Below are positions 50,811-63,390 of a stretch of 64,000 nt of DNA, one piece after another. This DNA is from Heptranchias perlo. Taxonomy: Eukaryota. A program made the translations under genes and the position numbers. The notes beneath the pieces were generated by a model. The model saw nothing but the letters and a program-made list of their open reading frames with translations, ran no database searches and had not been told where the DNA came from. Each line of letters opens with the position of its first letter. The first letter of the stretch is position 1. The DNA lies in contig NC_090357.1 of assembly GCF_035084215.1 (NCBI RefSeq), positions 9,920,001 through 9,984,000 on the forward strand, in the 5' to 3' direction.

Positions 50811-51999
50811 AACTCTGATCATTTATATTCCCAGTACCCCTTTCCCTTCTAGTTTTTGTTTGATCCTAGAGGCTTTTAGTATGTAATGTAATATTTATGA
50901 CATGCCCTATGACATGTAGGGCTAAAATGTCACTATACTACCATTATTACTTTATATGGTCTGCCAGCCACTTGTGTGATCAATCATTTGATTCATGTTA
51001 TTATTTTCAAAAGTACATTATTGTTTTCTTGATTAAAATCCATGAATTGTGTCATCCTCTCTCCATGTGAATGTATTGCTTATGGCACCTGAACTAATCC
51101 ATACCCTTGAGATAGCTATTGAGCTCTTTCAAATTCTGTTGACCAGAGGTCACACTCAATTATCACTGATGTTGTATATTAACCAAGGGAGTTAGCAAGC
51201 ATGTTGAGTGCACACAATAGGAGCAATGCTGTGCAGTCAGCTGGTGAAAATAGCTGGTAAAAGTGTACATCTGAATCTCATGTGTGTTGATTAGGTCACT
51301 ACGTAGTTTAGTGTAATGAATAATAATTGATTTTTTTCATTAACAAATGGTCTCTTCAGGTAGTTTTATCAACCAGTTAGTCTGATCAAACTGGGAGTTC
51401 CCAATGGTGGTTTGACTGTATTAACAGGTTGTCCAATTTGGGTGGCTTTGAAGCTCATTACAGTGCCAAATTGTCACAGATGGCTAGATATAATATTGCT
51501 AAAGGGCATCCAAAATGTTCTTAGTTTTCACAACAGGTACTGTTTTGCTTAACCCCTTCTCCACAAAATGATTTTCCCCTACATAAGTACCAATAATGTT
51601 TGATTTTTTATATTCTTCTTACTTTGTATCTATTGTAGGCTTTGACTGATTACTCCCTTGTTTGCTATCACTTTCTCTCTTCTCCAAACCATACATGTTT
51701 TCTGCCTGCTGGTGTACGATGCTTTTCTGAGGGTGTTGATAGACCTTTACCCAATGTTTGCCTTTATTAGTTGTTTCCTTTATCTCTTTCCCTCGATTCC
51801 AATTTCATTTGTTTTTCCTTTGCATTGTCTTCAATTTTCTTGCTGACTTGCAGATTTTAAATGTCACCTACTCCTTTAGCTGAACTGCGTCACAAGATGC
51901 CACCGCCCACGATAGGATGCCAGTTCAGTCTGCCCACACAGAATTACCCTTCAGTGCTCTACCGTACCATGAATCTTCAGCATCCAGAAACAGCGCACT

Positions 52000-52345
52000 A
52001 GTTGAGAAGGTGCAAAATAGATTCACAAGGCTGATACCAAAACTGAGAGGATACACCCATCAGGAAAGGCTGAACAGGCTGGGGCTTTTCTCTCTATAAA
52101 AGAGAAGGCTGAGGGGGTGACCTAATAGAGGTCTTTAAAATTATGAAGCGGTTTGATAGGGTAGACGTAGAGAAGATGTTTCTACTTGTGGTGGAGACCA
52201 AAGCTAGATAAAACACATGAGAGAGAAAAGAATAGAAGATTGTATTGATAGAGTGAGATGAAGAGGGGTGGGAGGAGGCTCATGTGGGGCATAAGCACCG
52301 GCAGAGACCAGTTGGGCCAAATGGCCTGTTTCAGTGCTGTAGGAG
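52000..52345 (+). mobile_element. CR1 family A 3' fragment with internal deletion
   Basis: EKVQNRFTRLIPKLRGYTHQERLNRLGLFSL, then the 3' UTR. Confidence 0.9.
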
Positions 52346-52847
52346 ACCTGCCCGGCCTTAAATTTCATTCAGTCTATCACTTCTATAGCTATTAGGGAGG
52401 GGGAGGGGGTATTTTCCACCACTGTTTAAAGGCAACAATGGTAGAAATGAATGTTAAAATTTTCAGGAATCTTGGACGTAATGCGAAACCAGCAGTTTTG
52501 CCACACACCTAAGTTTTCCACCCTTTTTTAAAAAAGTGACAAATATTTTCTTATGGAAATCAGCTTGGAGGTTGTTAAAGCCATTTACAACCTTGTCAAT
52601 CAGCCGGCTGTAGAAACCTGATCCTGCTTTCTGCTGGTCGATATGAATACAACTAGACTGCATGGTGCTCACCTGTTGAACTGGAGTATTTCAACAATGA
52701 GGTGCCAACAAGGTGAAGTAACATAATTGCTCATGGAGTGAATGCTTAGAGTTAGAGGCACAGCCACACATAAGCAAGTGGAGTGGGATACTGGCAGAAG
52801 GCTGTGCAAACAACAGAAATGTCCAGTTCTGATTTTGGTATTTATTT

Positions 52848-53283
52848 AAAGAAAGAAAGAACTTGTATTTATATAGCACCTTTCATGATCTCAACATGTC
52901 CCAAAGTGCTTTACAGCCAATGAAGTACTTTTGAAGTGTAGTCACTGTTGTAATGTAGGAAGTGCAGCAATTGGTACACAATAAGGTCCCACAAACAGCA
53001 ATGAGATAATGACCAGATAATCTGTTTTAGTCATGTTGGTTGAGGGATAAATGACACCAGGGTAAACTCTCTTGCTCTTCTTCGAAATAGTGCCACCTTT
53101 TCTGTCCACATGAGAGGGCAGAAGGGGTCTCGGCTTAATGTCTCATCCAAAAGGCAAGACGTCTGACAGTACTGCACCAGAGTGTCAGCGTGGATTTTGT
53201 GCTCAAGCCCCTGGAGTGGGATGTGAACCCACAACCTCCTGACTCAGAGGTGAGAGTGCTACCACTGAGTCACAGCTGACACC
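52848..53283 (-). mobile_element. Full-length DeuSINE (SacSINE1-like)
   Basis: The reverse complement matches 20676-21100 from head (GTCAGCTGTGACTCAGTGG) to tail. Confidence 0.9.
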
Positions 53284-55202
53284 AGCTATATGGTTGAGCT
53301 CCTCTTACTTGTTCACCAATGTGACTGGTCTGAAGGGATTGATTTCGTGAGGTGGTTGCCTCAGATTGATTTCAATCCCAGCAATTGTATCACCTGAGAT
53401 GAGCATAATTTCTAGTTTTTAAATTTACATTTCAAATGAGAAGATACTATTTACAGCACTGGAATAGCGGAGAGCAACAGGGGACAAAAACTACTGATAG
53501 GAACACACTGCTGTGACAGAATGTAATAACTAAATAGCAACACCCCCTCCCAACTTTGACTCCTATCATATTATAGCTATGAACCAAGTAAGGAAAGTTA
53601 GTAGATGTAACTATAGTTAGACAGAAATTAAAGTATTTCATCACAGAATCATAGTACTTTTACAGGAGTATCCACCTAGCCCCATCCCCCTGTTCTTTCC
53701 CTATACGCTTAAAATATTTTCTTCTTCAAATATTTATCTACTACCCTTTTAAAACCCTGTTTCTGGTAGAGCATTCCGTGTCCTAACAAACCTTTGTCTG
53801 ACAAAAATTCTCACATCACCCTTTGTTCTTTTGGTGGTGATTTTAAATTTATGCCCTCTAGTTACCAAATCACTTACCAAACCTTTCATAATTTTGAACA
53901 CATCTATCAGACTGTTGATTTCCCAATGCAGGTAAGTTTACCTTTTCAACCCATTATCAGCTCCTTGCTGTTGGTCCCTCTGGCAAAATTTCACTCATGT
54001 GGAGGACCATACTTTAAATTACTTTACCATCACCATTTTGACTTATGCACCTCTCAGTTCAGATGAAACTACCCTCTTAAGATTACAAAGGATCTATTTC
54101 TACACTAAGAAACATGAGTTACTATAAATTCCCAATGATTGTGCGGGGGCAGGGGGGGAGGGAGAGGAGGGTTATGTTGAGAATGCGTAAGTGAAGAGTT
54201 GTCAAAATGGTCACTTTTTGTCAAAAACAGACAGCTGACTGATGGCACTCTGTTGAATGAGTTTCTCGACATGCTGCATGTGTTCACATTTGGAACAACT
54301 TTCAAAAATGTCAAGAAAAGATCACAACCATTTACGTCATTATGAACCTCAGATGTTCGGGAGTCAGTTGCAAGGCTGAAACTGCCTTGGGATTCAGAAG
54401 AATTTATAAATCACAAAGAGAAGCAAGAGCAATTTATGATATCACCTGAACCACTTGATTGTGTTAAGCCTAGTAGCACCATCCATGACATCTGTTATTC
54501 CATAAAGACTGTTACCCACTTAATTGGCATATCTGTTTCAGCAATGTACTCTGAAGTGCAGGAGCATGTATATAACCATGGTTACATAGAACTGGGGTGA
54601 GGTGTGACATCCCTTTAGGGCGAATCATGCCTTACTGGAACCCAAGAGAAAGGAAAAATGAATCAGCCAAATGCCTCACAGACTATAAACCTACTGTATC
54701 TAAAGACAAAAATAAAATCACTCAAAGCATTTAGAGATTCAAGCAGTGAAGTAGCCTGAGGGAAAAAATGACCCTCTTATAAATCCTAAGCATGTCGGAT
54801 CTGACAGAGTCAAAAGCTGAGCTGTCAATGCACTTTCTGTATTATTACTACACCCACTTGTAAGTCCACTTAATACTTTAGCACAACAGGGATACACATG
54901 CTGAACACATGGAGGGAGGTGGGAGGGGTTGAAAGGTTACATCAATTCTTCAATGGAAAAATACATTATCTGGATTATGTGATGCTGTAAAGATATTGGC
55001 CTAGAAATTCCAGACAGTTTTTGGCATAATTTCAGCACATTATTGGGGCAAGTAATTTTTTTTTTTAGCAGTGGAAGCTGTTTACACGATTTTCCACCCC
55101 AAAATCGACCCCCCCCCCCAAATTTCCTTGCGGTTTTTGCCCTTCCCCTGATCTGCTCACCGAGTCCCGGGTGAGCTCGTTTACATATATAATAATAGTG
55201 GA

Positions 55203-55330
55203 TCAAAAGCAAAATACCGCAGATGCTGGAAATCTGAAATAAAAACAGACAATGCTGGAGAAGCTCAGCAAGTGAGGCAGCATCTGTGGAGAAAGAAACG
55301 TTTCAGGTCGAAGACCTTTCGTCAGGACTA
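55203..55330 (-). mobile_element. Penelope-like terminal fragment with hammerhead core
   Basis: The minus strand reads CUGACGA-A-[AGGUC UUC GACCU]-GAAACGUU. The 3' arm of stem I is deleted. Confidence 0.8.
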
Positions 55331-55639
55331 CTCTGCTCTTATAATAATAGTGGTACTGCAACTCGAATTTTCCTGCTTTTACCCTTGCAATGCACTTGGG
55401 GCAAGTTAGACTGAGAAATATAAGGTGCAGCTGAGGCAGGTGGAAGTGCAGAATTTCTGAGCCTGAATAGTGAGGAGAGTTTGACTAGTGACCTCTGTAG
55501 CTGGGATTGATTTTTTTCTGGCATTCTGCCTGCACAGATTTGGACTTGCTTCTCACTGCTGCTGACAGTGTGAGACTACCAGGTGATTTTCACCCAGACC
55601 CACAGTGAGGGCTTCTCAGGAGCAGCTGTGGCATTCCCT

Positions 55640-56370
55640 TTGGACATACCCTTGTATACCATATCATGGAGGAGGAGGAGCAGCACAGGATACAGCATAG
55701 AAGAGTCAGGCAGCATTTAAGGAGAATGAACCCCACCAGATGTTAACAGCCCATAGAATATACGGGCACCACAGGTCATATGTGTGTAAGAAGATTGTGT
55801 TTCACCAACTACTGTAGGTGACAGTAGTCCTGTCACCTACTGCATGAGTACCTGCAGTCATATTATCTACCTTGAATTGCTCTGTGGCTATGGCGGTGAT
55901 GACCACACTCAACTTTTAAGGCACGGGGTCATTTCAGACAGCCAAGGAAGATCTCCATAATATCAACCTGCCTTTCTTTCACCTATTCTTCTCCTGGTGC
56001 TTCTCCTAAATGTAACCTGAGGGCCAGCATTGTGAGAGGCGCTTGCCTGATCACAAAGGGTCACGGGACGGAGGTTGCCCTCCTCTCATGGCAACTTGCT
56101 CCTGGCAGGAGCTGCTGCTGGCTGTATCTCTGGAGCTTGTTCCTGGGCAGCCTGGTGTTGCCTCCTATGTTCCACTGATGTGGTGCTCTGAGGGGAAGGC
56201 CCAGGACTGGCATGTCCTGAGAGATAGCGGTATTGTGCAGGTCGAATCCAACATTCGCAATTCCACTGTGCCCTGGGTCTGCGTCCCCAATGATCAGTGA
56301 ATTGGTTGGACTAATAGTAGTTATTAGATCCTGAGGGACAGCAGCAGGCATGCCCACCATGGTTTGGAAG
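55640..56370 (+). pseudogene. Harbinger transposase N-terminal relic and adjoining element sequence
   Basis: HRIYGHHRSY..CHLLHEYLQ..VMTTLNF*GTGSFQTAKEDL, homologous to 33780-34000. Confidence 0.7.
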
Positions 56371-58454
56371 CTGGTATGCAGGGTTCTCTCTTATACTCTT
56401 CCCTATTGCCACCAGAGCTGTATAGAGGTGGAAGCACTGATTGGCATTCCAAAGAAGAATGCTGGATTCAGAAATAATAGGCTTGAAATTAGAGAAACAC
56501 ACAAGGAGAGTTTGGAAGAAATGGGGATAATGGAAGGCAGAAATTAAAAAAAAGAGAAAGATACCTGGAAGCACTGAATGACAAGAGATGAAGCAGAAGG
56601 AAAGTGAAATCAGCAGTGAGACAATTCAACATACAAAATCACATAATGATAAACATTAAAGAGAAGGGACAGCGAGGTAATTGTGACAATGTTTAGGAGA
56701 ATGTAATAGGCAGGCAGTTCAAGAAGAAGGAAATCAAAGAAAAATCTAAAAAGAGGATTAGAGAGTAATCGAGACACAAGACAACAGAAAGAAAAAGAAA
56801 ATCTGATACAAAAATAGAAATGTAGGATATATTATATATTTATTTCTACTCTCAGCTCCTGTCGACAAAGAGCAATTTCATATATTCACCTGCATATTTA
56901 TTGCTATATAATAATATATTTAAGTTGCCCTTTGTGAGAGGGGTGAGTCTGGAACCCACTCCTATGCATGTAAGATTATCAATTATGAATGGCCTCTAAG
57001 ACACTCTAGATTTAGGGCTTGTGGGCTGGAAAGCAGGACTTTAGTCAATTTGAAATTTGATGTGACAGAATTGCTTTTTACTAGCTCAAGAGGGACACTG
57101 TGTTTTGAGATATTAATTGCAGAAAGGAGGAGAGATTGAAAATTCAGTGTCAGCCTGTTGGGCAGTTTCCAGGCAGCCTTCCATGTCTGAGGCAGTTTGC
57201 AGAGAAGCATTGCCGTGCTGGGGGGGAGGACATGATTCAGGAAGTGCTGTCTGCTGCCATTGATGTTTTTTGAACAGCATTATCTTGGAAAACGTTTTGG
57301 TCAGGCTGTCAAATTTATTGGGGCACATGATGTAAAGGGATATGAACTGCAGCCTGGCCTGCACATGCTCACAGATAAGTGACATTTTATCCAAATGATA
57401 ATTACCCTTTAAGAAAAACATATATTGTACACGTAGTTAATAAAGATATAAAAATTAGACTTTGTTATAGAGATATACCAAAATACCAAGCTGCAAATAA
57501 ACAAAAAGTAAACCTAAGTTACCATGACATCTTTTTCCTGCTTAAAATGATGATGTCACTGCAGGAGAACTTTACACAAGAGCAGCGAGTCTGAGGAGAC
57601 ATAATTATTGGCAAGGAAACAATGTCATAATGATAATTTAGCTGGCTTACTGAGTACAGAATGCTCTAATGAGAGGATTAAGCGCCAACGAAAAATACAT
57701 AGTAATTATAAGGAGAGGAATTAACAGGAATAGTAAAACGAATAACTTCATTGTGGGAGTTCTGTTTCATTTTAAGTTCTGGTACTTCTGAACTCTTCCA
57801 CCTCAGGCTCTATCCATGATGCCTGTGTTGTTGGTGTAGCTTTGGAGCCTGTACATGCCGTGCCTGCATTAGTGTCAGGCATTTTTACAAACCAGACTAC
57901 TGAGAGTTCCACTCACACAAACAAACAAGCAAAGATCTGTTTAAAGCTGACACAGTTAAATCTTAAATGCTCTCCATAAGGCTTTAATGTGATGATAGCC
58001 TTAAATTGGAGCAATGTTAAAAATCTCCCCTTTAGCTGCCTGCTGCCTTTCACAGTAACTATTTGCAAAAAAGCTTAATGCTTGACTAGTTAAGAACATC
58101 ACTACAGTAAACTGACAGATGCTGTTCTGAGAACATTAATTATTTAAACAGTGAAAGCCCCTTTTCTGCTAGCAGGAGTCTGATAAGTCTCTCTGGAGTC
58201 ATATCGCTTTGGTTTTCTGCCTAGGCCTATAAATGTGCTGCTTAGAAATTTTTTTTATGTCACATTGTAGCTAAAATTATGAAATTCAGCCTTTACATTA
58301 CTGCCTGGAGACCCCCAGATGCCATATTTTCTTAATGCTTAAATATGAACTGATCGACCATATCCCAATAGTAGAAGACACTACCACTAATCATGTCTGA
58401 AAGTTGGAGAAATTGGCAAGACAGTAGTGTTGATTCAAATAGCTTCTCTAAAAC

Positions 58455-58810
58455 CTTTGCGTTCTTTTTCTTGCCAATTTTCTCCCCTCCCCTGTTGAAG
58501 ATACATAGCCAGGCTGCAGTTCCATGGGCATCAGTTGCTCACAGTTACCTCAAACAATTGTCATATATAAGCCTTGACAGTGTGTGTCAGTAGGCTATTT
58601 GACCATGGAGAGAGAAATAGTTGAGCCCAACTGTATCCAGAAGTGACATACACACTCAGGGGGTTGCTAGATAGTGATCAGGAGTGGCTGATTTTCCCAT
58701 TTCTTATCCAGGGGTGCTGAGGCCAGTTGTAGCGCCCCTGACTGAATTTGAAGCATTCCTGATCTGTAAAGGTTTGCTACTCCCTGGCTAAACTCATGGA
58801 GTAAATGGGG
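58455..58810 (-). mobile_element. AmnSINE2-like SINE
   Basis: GATAGTGATCAGGAG..GGCTGATTTTCCC..GCTGAGGCCAGTTGTAGCGCCCC. Confidence 0.7.
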
Positions 58811-59759
58811 GAGTCTAACTTTTATATTTGAGTGTATTTTTAAGTCAAATAACTGACCACACTGTAATGGTTAGTTTATGAGAGCACGCTAAAATGAGTT
58901 TACAGGGATCCAAACATTTGTTTTTCATCCAGGTGCTCCCTGGTTTAAATCTTAAGATAGCCTGCCATGTTAGTCCATGTGCCATACTCAAGGTGCATTG
59001 TGCCACTTCTCAGTCTGATAGCAGTGAGGATAAGATAACTTTGATATACCATCTTAACAACAAAGGCACCTCCCTGTAAATACAGAATGGTGAATGTGGA
59101 AAAGTATAGGATCTTCTACTTTTCTGTTGAGCAACATTTTATGGGTCATATAATAAGACTCTCTTGGGTATATTTATTTTCTCTTTCATTATAAATTATG
59201 TTTCCAGGAGCAATTTTCCTTGCCAGTCAATGAATACAGTATGTACACTAACATCACTGATGAAGATGATCATCTTTGATGAGGTCATTGCATTTGAGTC
59301 AAGTGGATGTTTGATTTGAAAGATAAAATATGACAATGAAATCACCGGGGTAACGTCTACTGCAGTAGAATGCCTGCTCAACCAGGTGCTTCAACAGAGG
59401 CACCTCTGCGGTGATTGTTTGGATGCTTTTATTGCGGACAATGTTTGAGGAGCCAAGGGCCTATCTCCAGAACGCTTCTCCGAGACTACCGACTAAATCA
59501 TTAATATCAATTATTTACATATTTGGAATATCCTCACTATCTAAAATAATATTTTTAAACCTTTTCTTTATTTCGTCCTCTCCTGAGGCCACCTTGTTAC
59601 GGTTCCATAGTTGGTCCCTTATGCAGGCAGCCACTCTTTATCTGTGAATAGGACCGTTGGTGTTGGCCACATATTTGACAAAGGAGGGGGGGTGGTATTA
59701 TAGCTGATGTCCTCACTCATACATGCACACTTTTCAGTTGGGGTCACTAGAGAGCAATC

Positions 59760-60520
59760 TAGATTTCAGCAAGAGTAGATAGGGAGAAACTGTTTCCACT
59801 GGCAGGAGGCTTGGTAACCAGAAGACACAGATTTAAGATAATTGGCAAAAAACCCAGGGGGGAAATGAGGAGAATTTTTTTCACGCTGCGAGTTGTTATG
59901 ATCTGGAATGCACTACCTGAAAGGGTAGTGGTGGTAGATTCAATAGTGACTTTCATATTGTATATATATCTTGAAAATGAGAGATTTGTGGGGTAAGAGC
60001 AGGGGAGTGGGACTAATTGGAGAACTCTTTCAAAGAGCTGACACAGGCACGATGGGCCGAATGGCCTCCTTCTGTGCTGTATGATTCTATGAAGGTGGCA
60101 ACAAGGGCGCGATTGACCTTGGCACTCTTGATCCAGGAAAAGGAGGGGGGAAATCAGCCAGGCTTCCCGTTTATTATCGAGAGGTGCCTGTTAGAAAGTG
60201 CACATTTGTGAACATCAAGGGGAAGATTTTCTCTGTACTAGGTATTGTGAAATTGTAACTAGATTCTTTATCAATGCATTTTCACCCAGAGGGTGGTAGG
60301 TGTCTGAAACTCACTACCTAAAAGGGTAGTAGAGGCAGAAACCCTCTTTGCATTTAAAAAGTACTTGGATATGCACTTGAAGTGTCATAACCTACAAGGC
60401 TACGGACCAAGTGCAAAGTTGGATTAGGCTGGATAGCTCTTTTCCAGCTGGCACTGACATGATGGGCCGAATGGCCTCCTTCTGTGCCGTAAATTTCTAT
60501 GATTCTATTTCTATGATTTA
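59760..60520 (+). mobile_element. Cluster of two CR1 3' ends with interleaved SINE pieces
   Basis: TRRHRFKIIGK..RRIFFTLRVVMIWNALPERVV (59760-60092) and a second FTQRVV..SLPKRVVEA copy (60275-60520) ending in TTCTATGA repeats. Confidence 0.9.
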
Positions 60521-61529
60521 CCTAGCACACAGAGGAGATCTTCACCCAAGGTGAGCACAGGATCAGAATTGGCAATGGTGCTTCGACTTCCAATAGCACT
60601 TGGAAAAGGGGGACAGTGCCAGCGAAGCCATATCCGAACACGAGTTAACACCCCCAGGAGAGGAGAGAAGAAAATAGGGAAATCTATGAGACCTTCAACT
60701 GCTGAGTGTCACTTTCTCCTTTTAATGAAACTAACTGTACCTATTGAAGATTATTCTGTACTTTTAACTATTTAAAAAAAGCGAAATTGCGTTAATGACA
60801 TCCTTGAAACAGTGATTTCAATAATACTCCTCCTATGCATTAGGTTCTGGTACAGTAGCCCTTCAAGAGTATCAGTTGAAATCAATATCCAGCTGCTTCC
60901 ATACGTTTTTCTGTATATAGTTGTACAGGATGTCACATCAGAAAAGACAAGTTTTTGACGGGCATTTCAAAGAACACATGCATTATTTAATACTCCTCAG
61001 GGGCACAGCTTGCTGCTTCAGGGTAGTGACTTTTAAGGTGAAGTTTGTCCCTGGCGGTTTGCATCAGCGCTTGCAAGCAGCAAAGCAAGGACTTCAGAAG
61101 AATTGATGAATGAAATAAACAAGAGTTGGCATGTTAGAAGGTCCCATGAATCCACCTACGTGGAATAGACTCTGAGCACTGCTGGGGACTGAAGAATTCC
61201 AAGCTGTTTTCAGCTGGATTTCCACAATGAAAGCTCCCGCCTGCTCCAGAGTAGTTTGTGCTCATCGCCAACTTTTGTGAAGGCATAAAAGAGCAAAACA
61301 GCAAATACTCCATGAATGCACCAGGGTGCATTTTTTGACAAGGGGTGGATGCAGCTAATCTAAATGGGCCAAAAATTCAGCTTTTCCCAACATGAGAATT
61401 TTTTCTCAATTTCTGCCATTTTACATTTGGCGCTCATCACTGATGAGTTAATTGCTACAGTTCTCAATTTTCTATTAAACATGTTGTATTTTTAAATATT
61501 TAAAACTGTAGCACCATACAGGTTCAACA

Positions 61530-62015
61530 CTTCATAGAATCATACAGCACAGAAGGAGACCATTTGGCCCATTGTGCCTGTACCGGCTTTTTGAAAGAGC
61601 TATCCAAATAGTCCCACACCCCTACTCTTTCCAAATAGCCGTGCAAATTTTTACTTTTCAAGTATATATCTAATTCCCTATTGAAAGTTATTATTGAATC
61701 TGCTTCCACCACCCTTTCAGGCAGTGCAATCCAGATCATAACAACTTGCTGCGTAAAAACAATTCTCCTCATCTCCTCTCTGGTTCTTTTACCAATCATC
61801 TTAAATCTGTGTCCTCTGGCTACCGACCCTCCTGCCAGTGGAAACAGTTTCTCCTTATTTATTCTATCAAAACCCCTCATAATTTTTAACACCTCTACTA
61901 AATCTTCCCATAACCTTCTCTGCTGTAAGGAGAACAAATCCCAGATTCTCTAGTCTCTCCACATACTTGAAGTCCATCATCCCTGGTAGCATTCTGGTAA
62001 ATCTCCTCTGCACCC
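61530..62015 (-). mobile_element. CR1 3' end
   Basis: RGFDRINKEKLFPLAGGS..RGHRFK..ALPERVVEADSI; same subfamily as 59760-60092. Confidence 0.92.
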
Positions 62016-62669
62016 TAAAGCCCCTAATTTTGTGAGAACGGCAAAAGTATAGTTGAACTGACCCATAGTGCAGACTCATCTGTGCCTGCAGCTCAGAGGG
62101 CAAGCTGCACCAAATTTTGTAATGGGATTCCAACCCCCAATTTGAATCGGCTACTGACACCTGACAAGTTTGCCCAGAGAGGTTGATATCTGCCTCGCTT
62201 GGCCGAGGAGTGTTAAAAAGAAGCTCTTAAAGGGCTGCAGTATGCAATTAGACAGGAAGTTGTGATTGTGGCAGAAAAGTGGACTAATTGTTTGCAACTG
62301 CAACCAGTGAGTGACACTGTTACCTTTGATGCTGAAGAATTGGAGCTTCTGCTGCAAGAAGTGCACAAAAGGAGGGTGGTCCTATTTACGGCTGACGGCC
62401 ACTTTAGTGTAAAAGCACAAATGCAAGCTGCCTAGAGGGCTGTTGCTGACTAAGTCGATACAATCACCTAGGTCCTTCATACTTGGTTCTGAATGAGGAA
62501 GGAATTGCTGATATCAGGGGGAAGCCAAACGTAAGTGTGCTCCTCAATTTACACATATTTCTTATGTGACCCATCAACCATGACACAAACCTAAAATAGA
62601 GATGACCAATACTTCAGGGAGGTACGATTTAAAGCTTTCACATAACTATTGCTCTGTTTCACACACTTT

Positions 62670-63390
62670 TCATTGTTCCAAAACTGGATGGTATTTTTTT
62701 TGTGGATGGAAGTGAAGGCTGTAGTTGCTTCTAGCCCAAGGATCTTCTGTGCTGTTAAGGGGTTTCTCAGTGGAGTTAGCAGTCATAGATGCAGAGGCTA
62801 GCCCTGGAACCTTGGAACGATTCACCCAGTGTTTTTTTATCCTTTGAAAGATGTAGGCACCTTGGACCACCATACGATGATGGCATCGTGGTTAGTTCCT
62901 GGATAATGGCCATTGATGTACATAATGAGGTTTCTGTGGTAAAATACTACCTGAACATTAATTGAGTGCAAAACCTTGCTTTCATGTAGGCCATGGGGGC
63001 AATATGAGGAACCCACATGGGTGCCATCTGCGATGCATTGCAGATGAGAGAGCCATGCTACCTTGTCTCACTGATGTCTTCTTTTCTCAGAGAAAGTGAT
63101 GAATGTATTCCCCTTGCAAACAGAACATTTGTCATTTTCTTGATACATGCATGTACTACAGACAGCCTGGTGTAGTAGATACCTCCTGGGATGGCTTAGA
63201 AGAATCCAGTTACATGAAAGTTTCATGCTGTGGTAACTTTTACTTCTATGAGAAGAGCCATGCCTGTTCCAGATGCTGTTTGCAGGCATCCTGCAGCAGA
63301 TTGTACAATTCTATGACAGCTTGTCTTGTGAAGTGGAGACAGGAAAGTCAGGCTTCCTCTAACATGTCCAGGTATACTTTTGTCCTGCTG
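62670..63390 (-). pseudogene. PIF/Harbinger DDE transposase relic
   Basis: YLDMLEEA..LHFTRQAVIELYNLLQ, VKVTTA*NF..GFF, IADGTHV, HSINVQVV..NGHYPGTNHDAII. Confidence 0.85.

Larger units (their letters stand above)
51140..61106 (+). pseudogene. Fragmented, probably intron-containing P-element/THAP9-like transposase pseudogene
   Basis: Ordered + strand blocks: QR..SIITD.VY (51144-51179); CINRLSNLGGF..IVTDG..KMF (51360-51536); FLDMLHVF[KN]IWNNF..FRRIY..KPSS (54231-54520); LLP..FEQHYLGKRFGQA...GAHD (57251-57374); YCS..LLNQVL..HLCGDCLDAF..TLLRDY (59208-59490); PSR..H.LLL..KFV..LHQRL (60844-61106). Recognised by eye through many stops and frameshifts. Confidence 0.55.

Noticed and set aside
52673-52801. 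129-nt minus-strand exon-like segment (CAG acceptor, CAG|GTGAG donor)
   Set aside because: One frame is open but the peptide is unrecognisable and no partner exons were found. Such signals arise by chance in 64 kb.
58160-58230. Alternative location for the P-transposase LE.RFG motif (FLLAG...LESYRFG)
   Set aside because: The spacing fits worse than 57251-57374. It shows the risk of over-fitting short motifs and is one reason the P-like call is held at moderate confidence.
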